Below are positions 27,320 through 40,563 of a stretch of 64,000 nt of DNA, piece by piece. The stretch is from Hydrolagus colliei (Eukaryota). Where the stretch lies: the NCBI GenBank assembly GCA_035084275.1, contig CM068743.1, positions 42,160,001 through 42,224,000 on the forward strand, read 5' to 3'. A program made the translations under genes and the position numbers. The notes under the pieces are model-generated. The model worked only from the letters and a program-made list of their open reading frames with translations. It was not told the DNA's origin and did not search any database. The stretch's first letter is position 1. Every line of letters begins with the position of its first letter.

Positions 27320-27680
27320 ATGGGGAAAAGAAGCCCCGTATGGGACTACTTTGAAAACAATGCAGTCAGTAATGGTGTGTATAGATGTACAGTTTGCAAG
27401 GTCTTGGTTAAGACATCTGATTCGAGCACGAGCAACCTGCGACATCACATTAAGCAGCACCACCCCGCCCAGCACGCTGCCCTCAGAGCGAAATCATTGT
27501 CGACAACAGCAGGAAGTCGAACCAGCGCTTCGGAGAAAGCGACAGGTAGTGGGGCCAGTGCAGCTCAAACAATTCCTGCTTTATTTAAGAGGAGAACATT
27601 GTACCAGAGAGGGGACAAAAAGTGGCAAAGTATCACGAACGCTGTCACTTTTTGCATAGCAAAGGAGAGCTTGCCAATGG
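27320..27680 (+). pseudogene. Truncated hAT transposase N-terminus with BED zinc finger (ZBED1-like)
   Basis: SPVWDYF...CTVC...STSNLRHHIKQHHP is a BED finger; ITNAVTFCIAKESLP starts the DNA-binding domain; catalytic core absent. The ORF runs on to 27907 in unrelated sequence. Confidence 0.85.
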
Positions 27681-27957
27681 CAAAGGACATTAATTCAGAC
27701 TTCAGACTACATAAAAATAAGTTGCATTTTGTGGCTGTAAGTATTATTTTTGTGTGTGAGAGAGTCAGACACACACATAGAAGCAGTGATAATCTGGCTT
27801 CTAACTCTAACAGTAAGACTGTCTGTCTCTCTCTTTTCTATTGTAATAGATCTCATTTACACGTGGACATTACATGCTACTTTCAAACAAGAAATGGAGG
27901 AGAATAAATCTCTAGATTTTGTTTTTGGTGTGTGCGTGTTGTATTTTGTGTTTAGAG

Positions 27958-28720
27958 ATGGAGGGAGAGAAGGAGAGGGGGAAAGTTGGGAGAGAAGGAG
28001 AGAGGAAGAGAGGAGAGGGATAGAGAGAATGAGAGGGGGAAAGGAGGGAGAGAAGGAGCGAAGGGAAAGGAGGGAGAGAAGGAGAGAGGCGAGGGAGGGA
28101 GGGAGAGAAGGAGAGGGGGAAAGTTGGGAGAGAAGGAGAGAGGAAGAGAGAAGAGGGAGGGAGAGAAGGAGCGAGGGGAAAGGAGGGAGAGAAGGAGAGA
28201 GGAAGAGAGGAGAGGGAGGGAGAGAAGGAAAGGAGGGAGAGAAGGAGCGAGGGGAAAGGAGGGAGAGGGGGAAAGTTGGGAGAGAAGGAGAGAGGAAGAG
28301 AGGAGAGGGAGGGAGAGAAGGAGAGGGGGAAAGGAGGGAGAGAAGGAGCGAGGGGAAAAGAGGGAGAGAAGGAGAGAGGGGAGGGTGGGAGGGACAGAAG
28401 GAGAGAGGGGAGGGACAGAAGGAGAGAGGGGAGGGAGGGAGGGAGAGAGGGGAGGGAGGGAGGGAGAGAAGCAGAGGGGGAAAGGAGGGAGAGGAGTCAG
28501 GGAGGAGACAGAGGAGACAGGGAGAGTGGAGGGGGAGGGAGAGAAGGAGAGGGGAAAGGAGGGAGAGAATGAGAGAGGAGAGGAGGGAGAGAAGGAGAGA
28601 GGGGAGGGAGGGAGGGAGAGAAGGAGAGAGGGGAGGGAGGGAGGGGGAGAAGGAGAGGGGGAAAGGAGGGAGAGGAGACAGGGAGGAGAGGAGGGAGAGA
28701 AGGAGAGGGGGAGGTAGGGA
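27958..28720 (+). repeat. ~760-bp polypurine (GA-rich) complex tandem repeat inside the hAT element
   Basis: Almost only G/A on the + strand; recurring GGAGGGAGAGAAGGAGAGGGGGAAAG units. Confidence 0.95.
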
Positions 28721-29094
28721 GCAAACAACATCGTATAATTCAACAGACCTTGACACCAACATTACAAACTTTCTGGACCTAGAGCACGCATTTCGAAATG
28801 TGCGTGCACCGCGACTGCGCGCGCATCGTCAGTGCGGACGCACCGTCAATGCGCGCGCACCATAAATGCGCGCGCGCCATCAATGCACGCGCACTTCGAA
28901 TGCACGCGCATGCGCAGTATAAAAACTCGATAGATCGGTTTAAGCAGGTATGAGGAAACCGATATATCCATATCCGGAAAAATCCCATATCACCGTTCCC
29001 TAGTATCCAGTCATGAATGAAGTTTTACGTAATTTGTTTTTCTACTAATAATCACCGAAAACAATGCTGAGCCTAACAATACTGAACATAAATA

Positions 29095-29309
29095 CAGTAA
29101 AATCCTGTTTATCCATGGCCCGATTATATAACTTCCATATAACCGGCACCTCAAAAAAAGGTCCGCATTCGATTAACTGGAATTTATCCGGCACAATGCA
29201 TTTTGGGGGGGATTTTTTTTTGTGTGTGTGTTTTCGGCCGAATATTCGGCATGCACTTTAACCAGCATTGGCCAGGTCCCGAGGGTGCCAGATAAACGGG
29301 CTTTTACTG
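29095..29309. mobile_element. Tigger/pogo-like MITE (215 bp)
   Basis: TIRs CAGTAAAATCCTGTTTATC / GATAAACGGGCTTTTACTG flanked by TA. Confidence 0.8.
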
Positions 29310-30509
29310 TAATCGTAATCAGTTTGTGCATGTAGTTTTAAAATGTTCTTTCTTAACTAAGAAAATGAGTGTGGACAATTTCATGGTTAGCGTTACTTTG
29401 CTTCATCCTGATTCAAAGAAATGCTATGCCATAAATAGCTAGGTCTGCAGCACATTCCCATGAGTCTGAGGCTTTCATTCCTAATTTTTGTTCATGAAAA
29501 AATTACATTGGAAAAATTCACCTCAGTATGTTCATATCAGTATGTTTGTATGAACCTTGTGCTCCATACGTGTTGCTATAAAGTTTCCAATCAGCAACTA
29601 TGTTGACATGTTTTCCATTTGATACAGTTTGCTTTAAAATAATCATAATCCTTATATTTGGAACAGTGCAGTTCGTGTCAGGATGATATTTCAAAGCGTT
29701 TCACAGGATATACTGTAAGACTGTGTATGTGGTTTTGTGGATGAACACAATATGGGTAAACTGAAGGCAATGTCATTTGTTCTAAAATGTTATTTCAAAT
29801 ATAATAGGAGAAAGTAACTTTTAGAGTCTGCTTCTACATCCGTTGGGCCTCTCATTATAACATACAGAGGTGGATGTTACATTTGAAACAAAGCATTGAC
29901 GTTCACATCCTCTGAAACAGAAAAATCTTGACAGCACAAATTTACTTTTTGGCAATAGGTTGACTGGAAAATTCCATTACCATTCTACCAAGGGAAACAT
30001 TTAGCTTGATATTTCATCAGGACAACTGCAGATTTCTTTTCGAAGTGCTAATGTGGTACAGTAATTACCATTTATGGTGCAGCAGTAAATTTAGCTTTCA
30101 GATTAAATCCAGATTGAAATAATGGGTACTAATTGCAAGGAATGATCTGGAAATGTCTACTAGTTGTAATTATAACTGATAATAGTAAGTTCAGGAATGA
30201 ATAGGGAAAAAGTGTTAAAAACAGAAAGAAAGAGGTCAATGTTTCTGATGAAGCAAGCAAATTTCTCACATGAGGCTTACACATATAATACACCATTGAT
30301 GTCGTGTTTTAGCATTATCATGTTAGCAAAGTCCTGCAAAGGAATTGGTAAAAAGTGGATTTTTTGGGGGTCCACCAAATAACAGAAATGTCAAAATCCG
30401 TCACCTGCCTAAGATTGTCCAAACCAAACTAAACGTTTCTCATAGGTATGCTACATACACATGAACATTTTTCCACATCTGAAATGCAGTGTACACTGTC
30501 TTGCTGGGC

Positions 30510-30950
30510 ACCTTCCCTCACTTACCTTATTCTGGAGAGGCCTGGATGAGTGTGAATGTCCGTTAGCTGAACATGGACAAAGCAGAAACCATACTCCTTG
30601 GCTTCCATCAATGCCTTTACTCCTGTGGTCCTAAACTCCTCAACCTCCCTGGGATTTCCATCTGACTCACCGAACCAGTCTAGACGTAATCTAGATGTTC
30701 GATCCACAGCTGTCCTTCCACCGCTATCTACAGTCGCTGACCATGACTGCTTTCTTCCACCACAGTCATATTGTCAACCTCTGACCGTACCTTCGCCCAA
30801 ATGCAGCCGAAACCTTTGAGCATGTGTTAGTCACCTTTTGCTTGGATTACTCCAGGGTGCTCCTCGCCATTCTCCACAGCTCCAACGTCCAAAAGATCCA
30901 GCTGATTCCAAACTCTGTGGCCTACATACTGCTTCAAATCATACACCTTA
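30510..30950 (+). mobile_element. Degraded L2 LINE fragment
   Basis: QLNMDKAE and LVTFCLDYSRVLLA...KIQLIPNSVA match L2 RT C-terminal motifs. Confidence 0.65.
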
Positions 30951-30957
30951 CGCACGT

Positions 30958-31664
30958 AATAATAATGATAGTAATAATAATCCTTGTAGCTCAGTGGTTA
31001 GAGCACTCACCTTACAAGCGTGAGACCTGTGTTCGAATCGAGGCAGATCAGAGCTAAACCTTGGGCAAGTTTCCTTACTACACATGTCTAATAAAAATCC
31101 GTCCCCAAAAAATCACAGTACTAAAAATTGACCATTTTCAATCCATGACTGTTTGTGGGACACTGCTGTGGGCAATTGGCTGCCGCATTTCTCCCATAAA
31201 TTTACAGTCAATTCACTTTACAGTATATTCTGTGAAGTGCTTTGAGACGTCGATAAGATGTGAAAAGCGCTGTATCGATTGCAAGGATTATTATTATTGT
31301 AATTGATATAGCGCTATTCATTTCTTCTACATATCTCAAAGCGCTTCATGGAATATACTGTAAATAATAATAATATTCCTTGCATTTGATATAGCCCTTT
31401 TTGAGTCTCCTAGACATCTCAAAGTGTTTAATAGAAGATACTGTAAGTGAATTGACTGTATATTTACAATATAAACTTGGCAGCCAATTGCGCACAGCAG
31501 TATCCCACAAACAGTTGTAGATTAAAATGACCAATTTATTATTTTTTGGAGGGGGAATTATTATCAGATGCGTGGAGGTTGCCCAAGGTTTTGACATGGT
31601 AGGAATTGAACCCAGATCTCTCGCTTGTCAGGTTAATGCTCTAACCACTGAGCTACAGGACTCC
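30958..31664. mobile_element. Nested cluster of three tRNA-SINEs (+ copy ~30985-31300; - tail fragment; - copy 31363-31664)
   Basis: A minus tail AATAATCCTTG...TTGATATAGCGC is split by the plus copy (TTGTA on both sides) and followed by a full minus copy. Confidence 0.8.
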
Positions 31665-31975
31665 TTTTGGATAAACAGTTTTTGCAAACATGCCTAATGA
31701 AGCCAAACAAGTTTATAATGATTCAAAGTAGATTTAGAATATGTGCTCAATTCTTCAAGCCAGGCTCCATTATTGAGGGTGGTCCTGTTTAGAAATTCCC
31801 TTTTTTAATTTTAATGTGAAATCCTTCTGTGTTAAGTATAATAACAACAACAACAACAAATTACATTTATAGAGTGCCTTTCATGTCGGGAGGACGTCCC
31901 AAGGCGCTGCAATAGAATATGTTCTGAAAAAAATTACGTCTTCTTAACAATATCCTCCCTTATCATCTACATATA

Positions 31976-32594
31976 CAGGTACTCCACCCCAACCATGGCC
32001 TCGTTAACCGCAAAACTCACGCATCCACAGTTTGCTAAATGTGACAACCCTTGAAAATCATGGCTTATAACCCTTGCTAATCCATGGGTTTTAACACTAA
32101 CACTAGCGTTTAGCACTAGGACCTGGTTGCATCAACCAGCCTCGATGTCGCTTCGTGCTAGCGTTTAGCACAAGGTCCCAGTTGCGATGTTGCAATCAAC
32201 TAGTGATAACGCTTCTCTCTTATGATTAAGGTAAATAACATGAATTTATTGTCGTTTCTCTGCATCCTCTCTCTCTCTGTATAAGTGTATCATATCTCAT
32301 CAGATCTCTCTCTCTGACTCACCTTCTCTCTATTTCACTTTCTCTTTCCCCCAACCCCCCTCCCCCATCCTCCCTTCTCTCTCTCACCTTCTCTCTATTT
32401 CAACTTCTTTTCCCCCCACCCCTCTCCCTCTCTCTTTATGTCTGTGTAGATCAGTCAGTCAGACACCACCCCTAGCCCTCTGTGTCACCCACCACACCTT
32501 CTCTGTTGATTTATCTCTCTCTCTCTGTAGAACAGTCAGACAGCCCCCCCGCCCAGTCCTCTGTGTCACCCCTCAGCTCGCACCACCCTCCGTG

Positions 32595-32625
<31 letters not shown>

Positions 32626-32930
32626 AGATCAGTCAGTCAGTCAGACAGCCTCGCGGATTGCTGCAGATCCTGGCAGCCAATATGCCCAAACTTACTCCCC
32701 CTATCCCCATGTATGTTGTAACTGTATGTGTTGTTTTAGTTCTACGAAACACAAACTTACTCCCCGTATCCCCATGTTTCCAATAGGGCCGTGCATTTTC
32801 CACCGCGAAAAAGCAAACGTACTTCCCCTATCCCCATGTTTCCCATAGGGCCCTGCATTTTCCAACCGCGATTTTACCAACTTGCAGAGTTTTAGAGGAA
32901 CATATCCTCCGCGGTTAGGGAGGGGTACCC
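31976..32930. mobile_element. Tigger-like non-autonomous DNA transposon with internal CT-rich and tandem repeats
   Basis: Left TA|CAGGTACTCCACCCCAACCATGG resembles the reverse complement of the right end (GGGGTACCCCTCCCTAACCGCGG); three AAAC(T/G)TACT(C/T)CCC-TATCCCCATGT units at 32687-32840. Confidence 0.6.
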
Positions 32931-35029
32931 CAAAACATTATACACATTCAAATCAAACTCAAGGACCCTTTCTTTCTCGCCAAGTTTAGATTCTGTTTGA
33001 AAGAACATGCTCCATCCTTTATGGGAATTCAAGGCCACAAGATGTTTCACAATGTAAATTCTTGTGACATTCATGTAGGGATTCTGTTGCACATGGAGAA
33101 TTCTGTTTCACATGGTTCACTTTTTTCTTAGCGGATTTCTGTCTGGCTTAGTTACTGTATAAATTTAGACATGAGGGAACTAACTCATATCTGCTTGATC
33201 AATAGAGCGTATGCTAAAACACGCCTGGAGGAAAAAACATTAATGGACATTGTCTTATTCTGGGAGACTTTACCACATCATACTTATCCAAGATTGAATT
33301 AAATGCCATTGAAATGTTGATGCAGTTTTATAATTCCTAGACTACTGCATGCAGGAGATGTCCAAAACACCTTAGGCATTTGCTTTCAGAAAGTGACAGG
33401 TATTTCACTTTCCTTCTTCCACTTGATTTGATTTTCATATTTTTTATTGTTGGTGTAGAGTTCTCAGGAGTTGAACCTTCATTTTGTCCCTTCAATTTCA
33501 AACCTTAGTTTTTTATTTGAGCTAAATTCTCAATATTATTATTGTAGTTCTTAAAAGGCCATCACTTCTGTCATTTCCATTTTGAATTCAAACTTACATG
33601 AGTTTAAACCATTCTGGCACAAGTCATTTTTGCTGGTCATTGTAGTGAAATTAGCTAAATAAATGATGCTGGCTATTTAATTATGAGAAAACAAAAGGGG
33701 TTAAGCCTGACATGGTCATATGCAGATCCAATATTACTTTTCAAAGGAAAGATAATATGGAAGTTCATTTATTTTGAACACAAGGCTGTCTTGGTACATC
33801 TGAAAGTCTTGTTCTGGGTTTGATGTTTTATTCATAGTATCATGTACCTCTATAATATAAATTCATTTGAAATATCATGTACCTGTATAATATAAATTCA
33901 ACATATATGTTCAGTGTATGTTCATCTTTAAGATGTCCCATTTCAAATTTGAAGAGCTTGTCTAATGGTGGCTCACATTCCTCTAACAAAGGATTGAGTA
34001 TGGCTAAACTATACAGATTGAGTATGATGAATTTGATGTGTCACGTTGAATCTATTCTGAAACACTGTTCATAGCTGTGGAACTGCACACTCATTGCTCC
34101 CACCCCAACTTTAGCATGTTAGTCATGTTGTTGTTGTTAGTTTAATCTTATTCCAATTTTGAACAAAATCAACACCATTGTGCAAATTGGGAACCAAGAC
34201 TTATTTTAAATCCTATCGACAGTGTTTCAATTCTGCTTCACAGGATACTAGCAGAATTGCCACTTCCACTCCCTCCAGCTTGGTTCCTACTCCTCCTGCA
34301 TTCAACTCCCCAGCTCGTTGCACACACTTTTGATAGTCCAGCAATCAAGGAAAGGACATCCTCCTGATGTGAAATGCTCTACATCAATGCACTTTGTTGT
34401 TGTTGTTCTTTAAACATTTGAATTATTGGTGGATGTTTGGGCTGAAGTTGGGCTGAAATTCTGATCAGGGTTGTACCTATTGCCTTTTGCAATCTGCTAT
34501 CATAAAAGAGGAAATCCCAATAGTGCTGACATTACCAAAAATGCAATATACAATGCTAACTGGAAATTTTCACTCAAAAACATCCAATAATTTTTTAAAA
34601 CACTGTCAATGGAGTTGAATGTTTAGCAATTTAAGATCAGTAAACTTGGCTGCTTCCATAGTACACAAAAAATCTTAGACAGGTTGCCATTATGGGTGGT
34701 TGAAGTTGGAACTCTGGACTCATTCAAATAACAGCTTCATACTGTGATGGGAAGATGGTAGGACAGGTTTCCTGAAAGGATAATAACACTACTACTAGTA
34801 ATATTGCTTTCATTTGACATAGTGTCTTATCGTGTCTTTGAGACATTTCAATGGACCATAGAATATACTGTAAAGTGAATTGACTATATTTTGTGGGCGA
34901 AAGTGAAGTGAAAATGGGCTAACAGCCTTCTTCATCCAAACCAATCTCATGATCTTTTGAAATGTACCTGACCAATCTACAAAATTCCATAATCTAGTCA
35001 TTATAACTCATTTCCAGGTACTATCAGGA

Positions 35030-35340
35030 TAATAATAATAATCCTTACATTTGATATAGCACTTTTCACGTCTTCACACATCTCAAAACACTTCACAGAA
35101 TATACTGTAAAGTGAATTGATTGTACATTTGTGGGCAAAATGTGGCACACGATTGCGTACAGCAGTATCCCACAAACAGTCATGGATCAAAATGACCAAG
35201 TTTTCTTACTGCGTTTTTTTGGAGGGATTATTATGAGGTGTGTGGAGTAAAGAAACTTGCCAAAGGTTTCGCCTTGACCTGCCTGGATTCGAACACAAGT
35301 CTCACGCTTGTAAGAAGAGTGCTCCAACCACTGAGCTACA
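35030..35340 (-). mobile_element. tRNA-derived SINE
   Basis: Near-full copy; further partial copies at 34795-34900 and 35402-35540. Confidence 0.85.
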
Positions 35341-37435
35341 GTACTACATAGTATGAGTGTGTTGGGAATAACCCAGAGTTGTATTTATAATAATCCTATG
35401 TTAATAATCCTTGCATTTGATACAGCGCCTTATCATGTCTTTGAAACATGGCAACCAATGGTGTATAGCAGTGTTCCACAAACAGTCATGGATTGAGTGC
35501 CTAAATTATTATTACTTTATTTTTTGAAGGGATTATTAACCCCTGGAAAAATAATAACTGCTGCAATAAAATCCATTATAGTAGATCCTAGTACCAACAG
35601 GACTGGAGAAACATTTACAATACAATTCTAAACACAATTTACATTAAGAAGAAAACACCTTTTGCATTTGGAGGTCATATTAAAGTACTTCAATGTGCTG
35701 GATGTGCATCCAAGCTGGAGATGAGAATATTTTACATTTTAACAGGGTTTTAGGATTTTTTCTATCATATCTAACACAGATCTGATGCCATTATCAATCA
35801 TATTTATCACCCCTATACTGTATTTTGAAATGTTTTTATGCAAAAGGTCGGAGAGTTAAGTGCATTTCATGAAAATAAATTGAACTCATCAGTAGTATTT
35901 TCATTTCACTTTTTATTTGTCTTAAGAAAACTTCCACCATAAAATTAACATGGCACCGAATGGTTTATCAAAGAACACATGAATCTAGAATTTCATAAAT
36001 TATCTTGAAACCTGTGCAAGCGTAGGATCATCCAGTTTAATGAAATCTGACAATGAATTGCTAAAAGATTACTAATGCTATGGCACTTTCCTTTCCCACA
36101 CCTCCTACAATATTACAAATTCTGAAAATTATCCCATGCACCAAATATCAAATAATCTTCCAGTCATAAGTTAAATTCTTCACAAGTATCACTTCAACCG
36201 CGCCTTTGGTCATCTTTCTACCCCTGCCCTGGCTCGGTCCCGGGATCTGCTAATGTGAAGCGCTCTGAGATGCTGTCCAGCGTGAAGGGCGCTATATAAA
36301 TTGAAGTTGTTGTTTTCTCCCATTTGTGGTATACTCATCCAGAGTCAGATTGCTCATTCAGTGCAATATTGTTCCATGAGAACTGAATTAATCACATACA
36401 AATGAATTTGTTTTATGAGGTGTGAAATTCCATCTTAATCTCCCCAAATGTTCCAGTGACTGCAATGTGGGAGAAGATGGGAAAATCAGTTTGTTTCTGA
36501 ATTTCAAAGATTCCACTTTCCAAAAAAATAGCAATGAGATCAGAGATGTGCAAAAGTTATTTGATCAATTTGCAGGTCTCCTTTGCTCCACCATCCATAA
36601 ATTGCAATTTATCCAAATCTATGTCACCAACATTTGCATCTGCACCAATCTGGATGTATATGTCACATATCCAATCCTGACCAGCTTCCCGTGGCTCACA
36701 GTCTCCAAGTGGATCGATTTCAAGAGTTAAATCCTCGCAACCTGAACCACATGATAACAGTAAACTGATAGAGATCAATCCACTCTACTACAATTGTGGA
36801 AGTAACTCATTCAGAATGCAAAATACATTTAGCAATCTTTTAGAATTATCTTGAGAAAGGGCAATATTCAAAGAGCAAAGGAAATTTGATGTATACAACA
36901 GTGTTTCCTCAGATAAATTGAGTAACTCAAATAGAAAGGGAAAAGCTTTTCTTGTTTGTCTATGCTAGACTTCATGTTCCAGTTCATTGGTAAGGCTGCA
37001 TTGCTTTCATTACTAGTGATCTCATGTCATATTTTGGGCCAGAGATCTTTGGGTTTCAGTTGACTACCTCAGATATTGCTCAGAATCCACTTCACGGTCA
37101 AATTGTACCTAATTAATGTCTTGAATCCCATTTTGAAACATAAATTCAGCTTCCTTCACTAGCTCTATCCTCATTTGAAATTTCACATCCATTAGCACCA
37201 TTACTTATTTATTCTAGAGACAGAATATGCTAAAGAGAAATGTCAGTGTAATACTTGGGAAGTGTTTTAAATTTAAAATGAATTCTCTCTTAAATCATCC
37301 ATAGTCCTGGGTTTTAAACATTTTGTGATTGATGACTCCCTGCATTGTTCAGCAAGTATAGCAAGGAGACTGTTATCAGCATTTATTAGGACTGGCCCTG
37401 TTGTGGAAGTGAAAACAACTTATACATCAGGCCAG

Positions 37436-37782
37436 AATAATAATAATCCTTCCATTTGATATAGCACCTTATCACAGCTTTGACACATCTCAAAGCATTT
37501 CATGGATAAACTGTGAAATGAATCTATATCACACAAACTATATTTTGTGGGTGAAATGAAGCAGCCAATTACATACTGCGTTGTCCCACAAACATTCGTG
37601 GATTAAAGTGATCAATTTATTATTATTACTTTTCTTGAAGGAATGATTTCTCCCAGAAAAGCGATTAGCCAATTAACTAGCAACCGGATTCCTACTTGCT
37701 GCTCCATAAACAGTAGCATGTGGAGTAAGGAAATTTGCCCAATGATTAGCCCTGCCAGGTATTGAACCTAAGTCTCTCTAAC
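37436..37782 (-). mobile_element. tRNA-derived SINE (older subfamily)
   Basis: Tail, body and degraded head recognisable. Confidence 0.75.
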
Positions 37783-39057
37783 CGAAAAGTTGTCACATAA
37801 AATGCAAAGTGTACAACACCATCTAAAAGCTTCACTGATCAGGAAATAACTACAGTATATGCTGTGTTATTATGTGAGTCACTAACATATGAATTTTCTT
37901 ATATAACACAGTTGCATTATGGACCCTTATGTCTCCCATATGTGCACCAAATTCTCTCACATTCCATGTGCTGACTGGCTTTTCATTTCAACATGGCCAA
38001 TATTCTGGTCATCAGCATGATATCTGTGTCATTTGCTTCTTTGCCAAGTATTTGCAAAGTGGGAAGTGAAAGCAGCAGCAACAAAATAACTTACCATACT
38101 AAAATTAGATGGCTCATTTCTATGTAATGTGATCACCAACAATGTCACTTCCTTCTTTGTGCAAACATAGCCAACAGGAAATGATAATGGTGATGACACA
38201 ATGATAATGGTGAAAAGATAACTGGGCTATTTATTCTTTTTCTGAGGAAACCAATTGGCATGTAGGCATGTTGGCCAAATCCACACACAGCCAAATCCAC
38301 TGTGGCACCTCACTATAAGTAAGGTTTGTTATTCATGGACCCACCGTATACCTTTGCAACCATACACTGCTTATCCAAAGGCAGACTCCATTCTGAATCA
38401 GGCAACCAATCGTAGTGCAAGGAGGAAGAGGGAGGATGGCACAGTCACTCATATTGACATGTACAGCAATCAATGTTGGAGTCACCTCATCTATGACACG
38501 CTGAAACATGGGTGGGGCTCTATTGGCCTCAATCCCCAATGGATCATGCTATGGACAATCAATGGATCAATCTTTGCAAAAAAGTTAGAAAAACTTACTG
38601 ATACCACACAAACCAAATGGATGCAGCAATGGAAATTTGTATTTTGTCATTCATTCTCTTATTATAAGTATATTGATCAAAACCCTTCGACATTATTACT
38701 TGTCACTGGGACTGTTAACAAAACAATTCAGAAATAGCTTGGCGGGATCCCTGATGCATAAAATAATTATCTTGGTAAATTCAAATATACCAGGAAAAGT
38801 AACATCCATTTATGTGTTATATAATAGTGTTATTAGGTCTGGTTGGCCCATCATTGAAAAACACTTAGAAACTATCTGTATACAATGATCTACGATAACA
38901 ATATTTTTAAAAATACTGATAGGTTAACCCATGGAACTCTTTGCCAGGCAGATACAGACAAATACTGCCAAGTCTTAAACACCATACTTTTATTTTCATA
39001 GGATGGGAGACTTTGCAATCTGCCGTACTATTCTATATACTACCAAACTTCGGAGCA

Positions 39058-40563
39058 ACAACAACAAATTACATTTATAGAGCGCCTTTCATGTCGGGAG
39101 GACGTCTCAAGGCGCTGCACAGGAGGCGTGTGACCCGAGCTGAGAGGGGAGTGTTTGGGAAGGGGTGAAACACGAAGGGGAGGTAAATGAGTTTGGGGTG
39201 GAACAAAAGACACGATCGAAGAGGAAAGTCTTCAAACCGGCCTTGAAAGAGGAAAGGGAAGAAACGAAACGGAGGGATTGAGGGATGGCATTCCATAGGG
39301 TGGGAGCGGAGAAACTGAAGGCCCGGCCTCCGATGGTGGGGTGGTTTGGGCGGGGGGCTTGGAGCAGGCCAAGTCCTGTTGAACGGAGTGTCCGGATGGG
39401 CGTGTAGGGGGAGAGTAGATCGGTTAAATAGAGCGGGGCAAGGCCGTGTAAGGCCTTGTAGGTGAGGACGAGGATCTTGAACTCGATCCTCTGGAGAATG
39501 GGGAGCCAGTGGAGACGGGCGAGGGTGGGGGTTATGTGGTCGCGGAGGCGGGTGCGGGATAGTACACGGGCTGCAGAGTTTTGGATGACCTGCAGCCTGT
39601 GAATGGAGGAACTGGGGATGCCGACGAGGAGAGAGTTTCCGTAGTCCAGCCGTGAGGTGATGTATGCGTGCACGAGTGTTTCGGCAGCATGGGGGGTAAG
39701 ATAGTTGCGGAGCCTGGCAATGTTGTGCAGGTGGAAATAAATGGTGCCTGTCAAGGCGCGGATGTGGGGGAGGAAGGAGAGTTTTTGATCGAACATGATG
39801 CCGAGGTTCCTGACTGGCTTTGTGAGGTGGAGAGTACAGCCTTGGATATTGAGGCTGGCAGCGCCCGATGTGCGGACGCGCTGGCTTGAGCCAATCAGGA
39901 GGGCCTCGGTCTTACTCACGTTCAATTGCAAAAAGTTGTCCCTCGTCCAGGACTCGATGTCGGACAGACATGCTGTCAGAACATCGATCGTCTGGGGGTT
40001 GAGGGATGAGGCAGAAAGGTACAACTGGGTGTCGTCCGCATACATGTGGAAATTTACCCCATGTTTGAGAATGACGTCTCCCAGAGGGAGCGTGTAAAGG
40101 GTGAAAAGGAGGGGGCCTAAAACAGAGCCCTGAGGGACGCCATGAAAGACTGTGTGGGGGTTTGAAGAAAAAACGTTGGAAGAAACAAAATGTAAACGGT
40201 GGGTCAAATAAGAATGGAACCAGTCAAGGACTGTGCCTTGAAGGTTGAGGTGGGATGAAAGACGTTGAAGGAGGATGGTGTGATCGACTGTGTCGAACGC
40301 AGCAGACAGGTCAAGGAGGATGAAGAGGCAGAGGGAGCCCTGGTCACAGGCGGTTAGGATGTCATTTGTGACCTTAACCAGGGCAGTTTCTGTGCTGTGG
40401 ATAGGGCGGAAACCTGATTGGAGGGGTTTAAAAAGTGAGTGAGTTGAAAGGAAAGAGCGGACCTGGGAGGCAACCACTCTTTCAAGGACCTTGGATAGAA
40501 ACGGGAGGTTGGAGATGGGTCGATAACTTGATGGTTGCGACCCATCAATGGAGGTTTTCTTCA
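39058..40563 (-). mobile_element. Young 5'-truncated L2 LINE
   Basis: (TTG)n tail; uninterrupted RT frame; CpGs retained; candidate TSD GGAGCA at 39052-39057 and 40564-40569. Confidence 0.92.

Larger units (their letters stand above)
26963..29002 (+). mobile_element. Non-autonomous hAT (Ac-like) DNA transposon, 2,040 bp
   Basis: TIRs TAGGGAACGGCGAT / ATCACCGTTCCCTA (14 bp, 1 mismatch); perfect 8-bp TSD GTATCCAG at 26955-26962 and 29003-29010; CpG-rich subterminal regions. Confidence 0.92.

Noticed and set aside
27750-28865. Long R/E/G-rich and S/P/L-rich ORFs on both strands
   Set aside because: Artefacts of the stop-free GA tract.
33839-33900. 35-bp tandem duplication (similar small ones at 41649-41688 and 49303-49375)
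   Set aside because: Ordinary slippage duplications with no further structure.
36422-36778. Overlapping ORFs on both strands
   Set aside because: No recognisable motifs or splice context.
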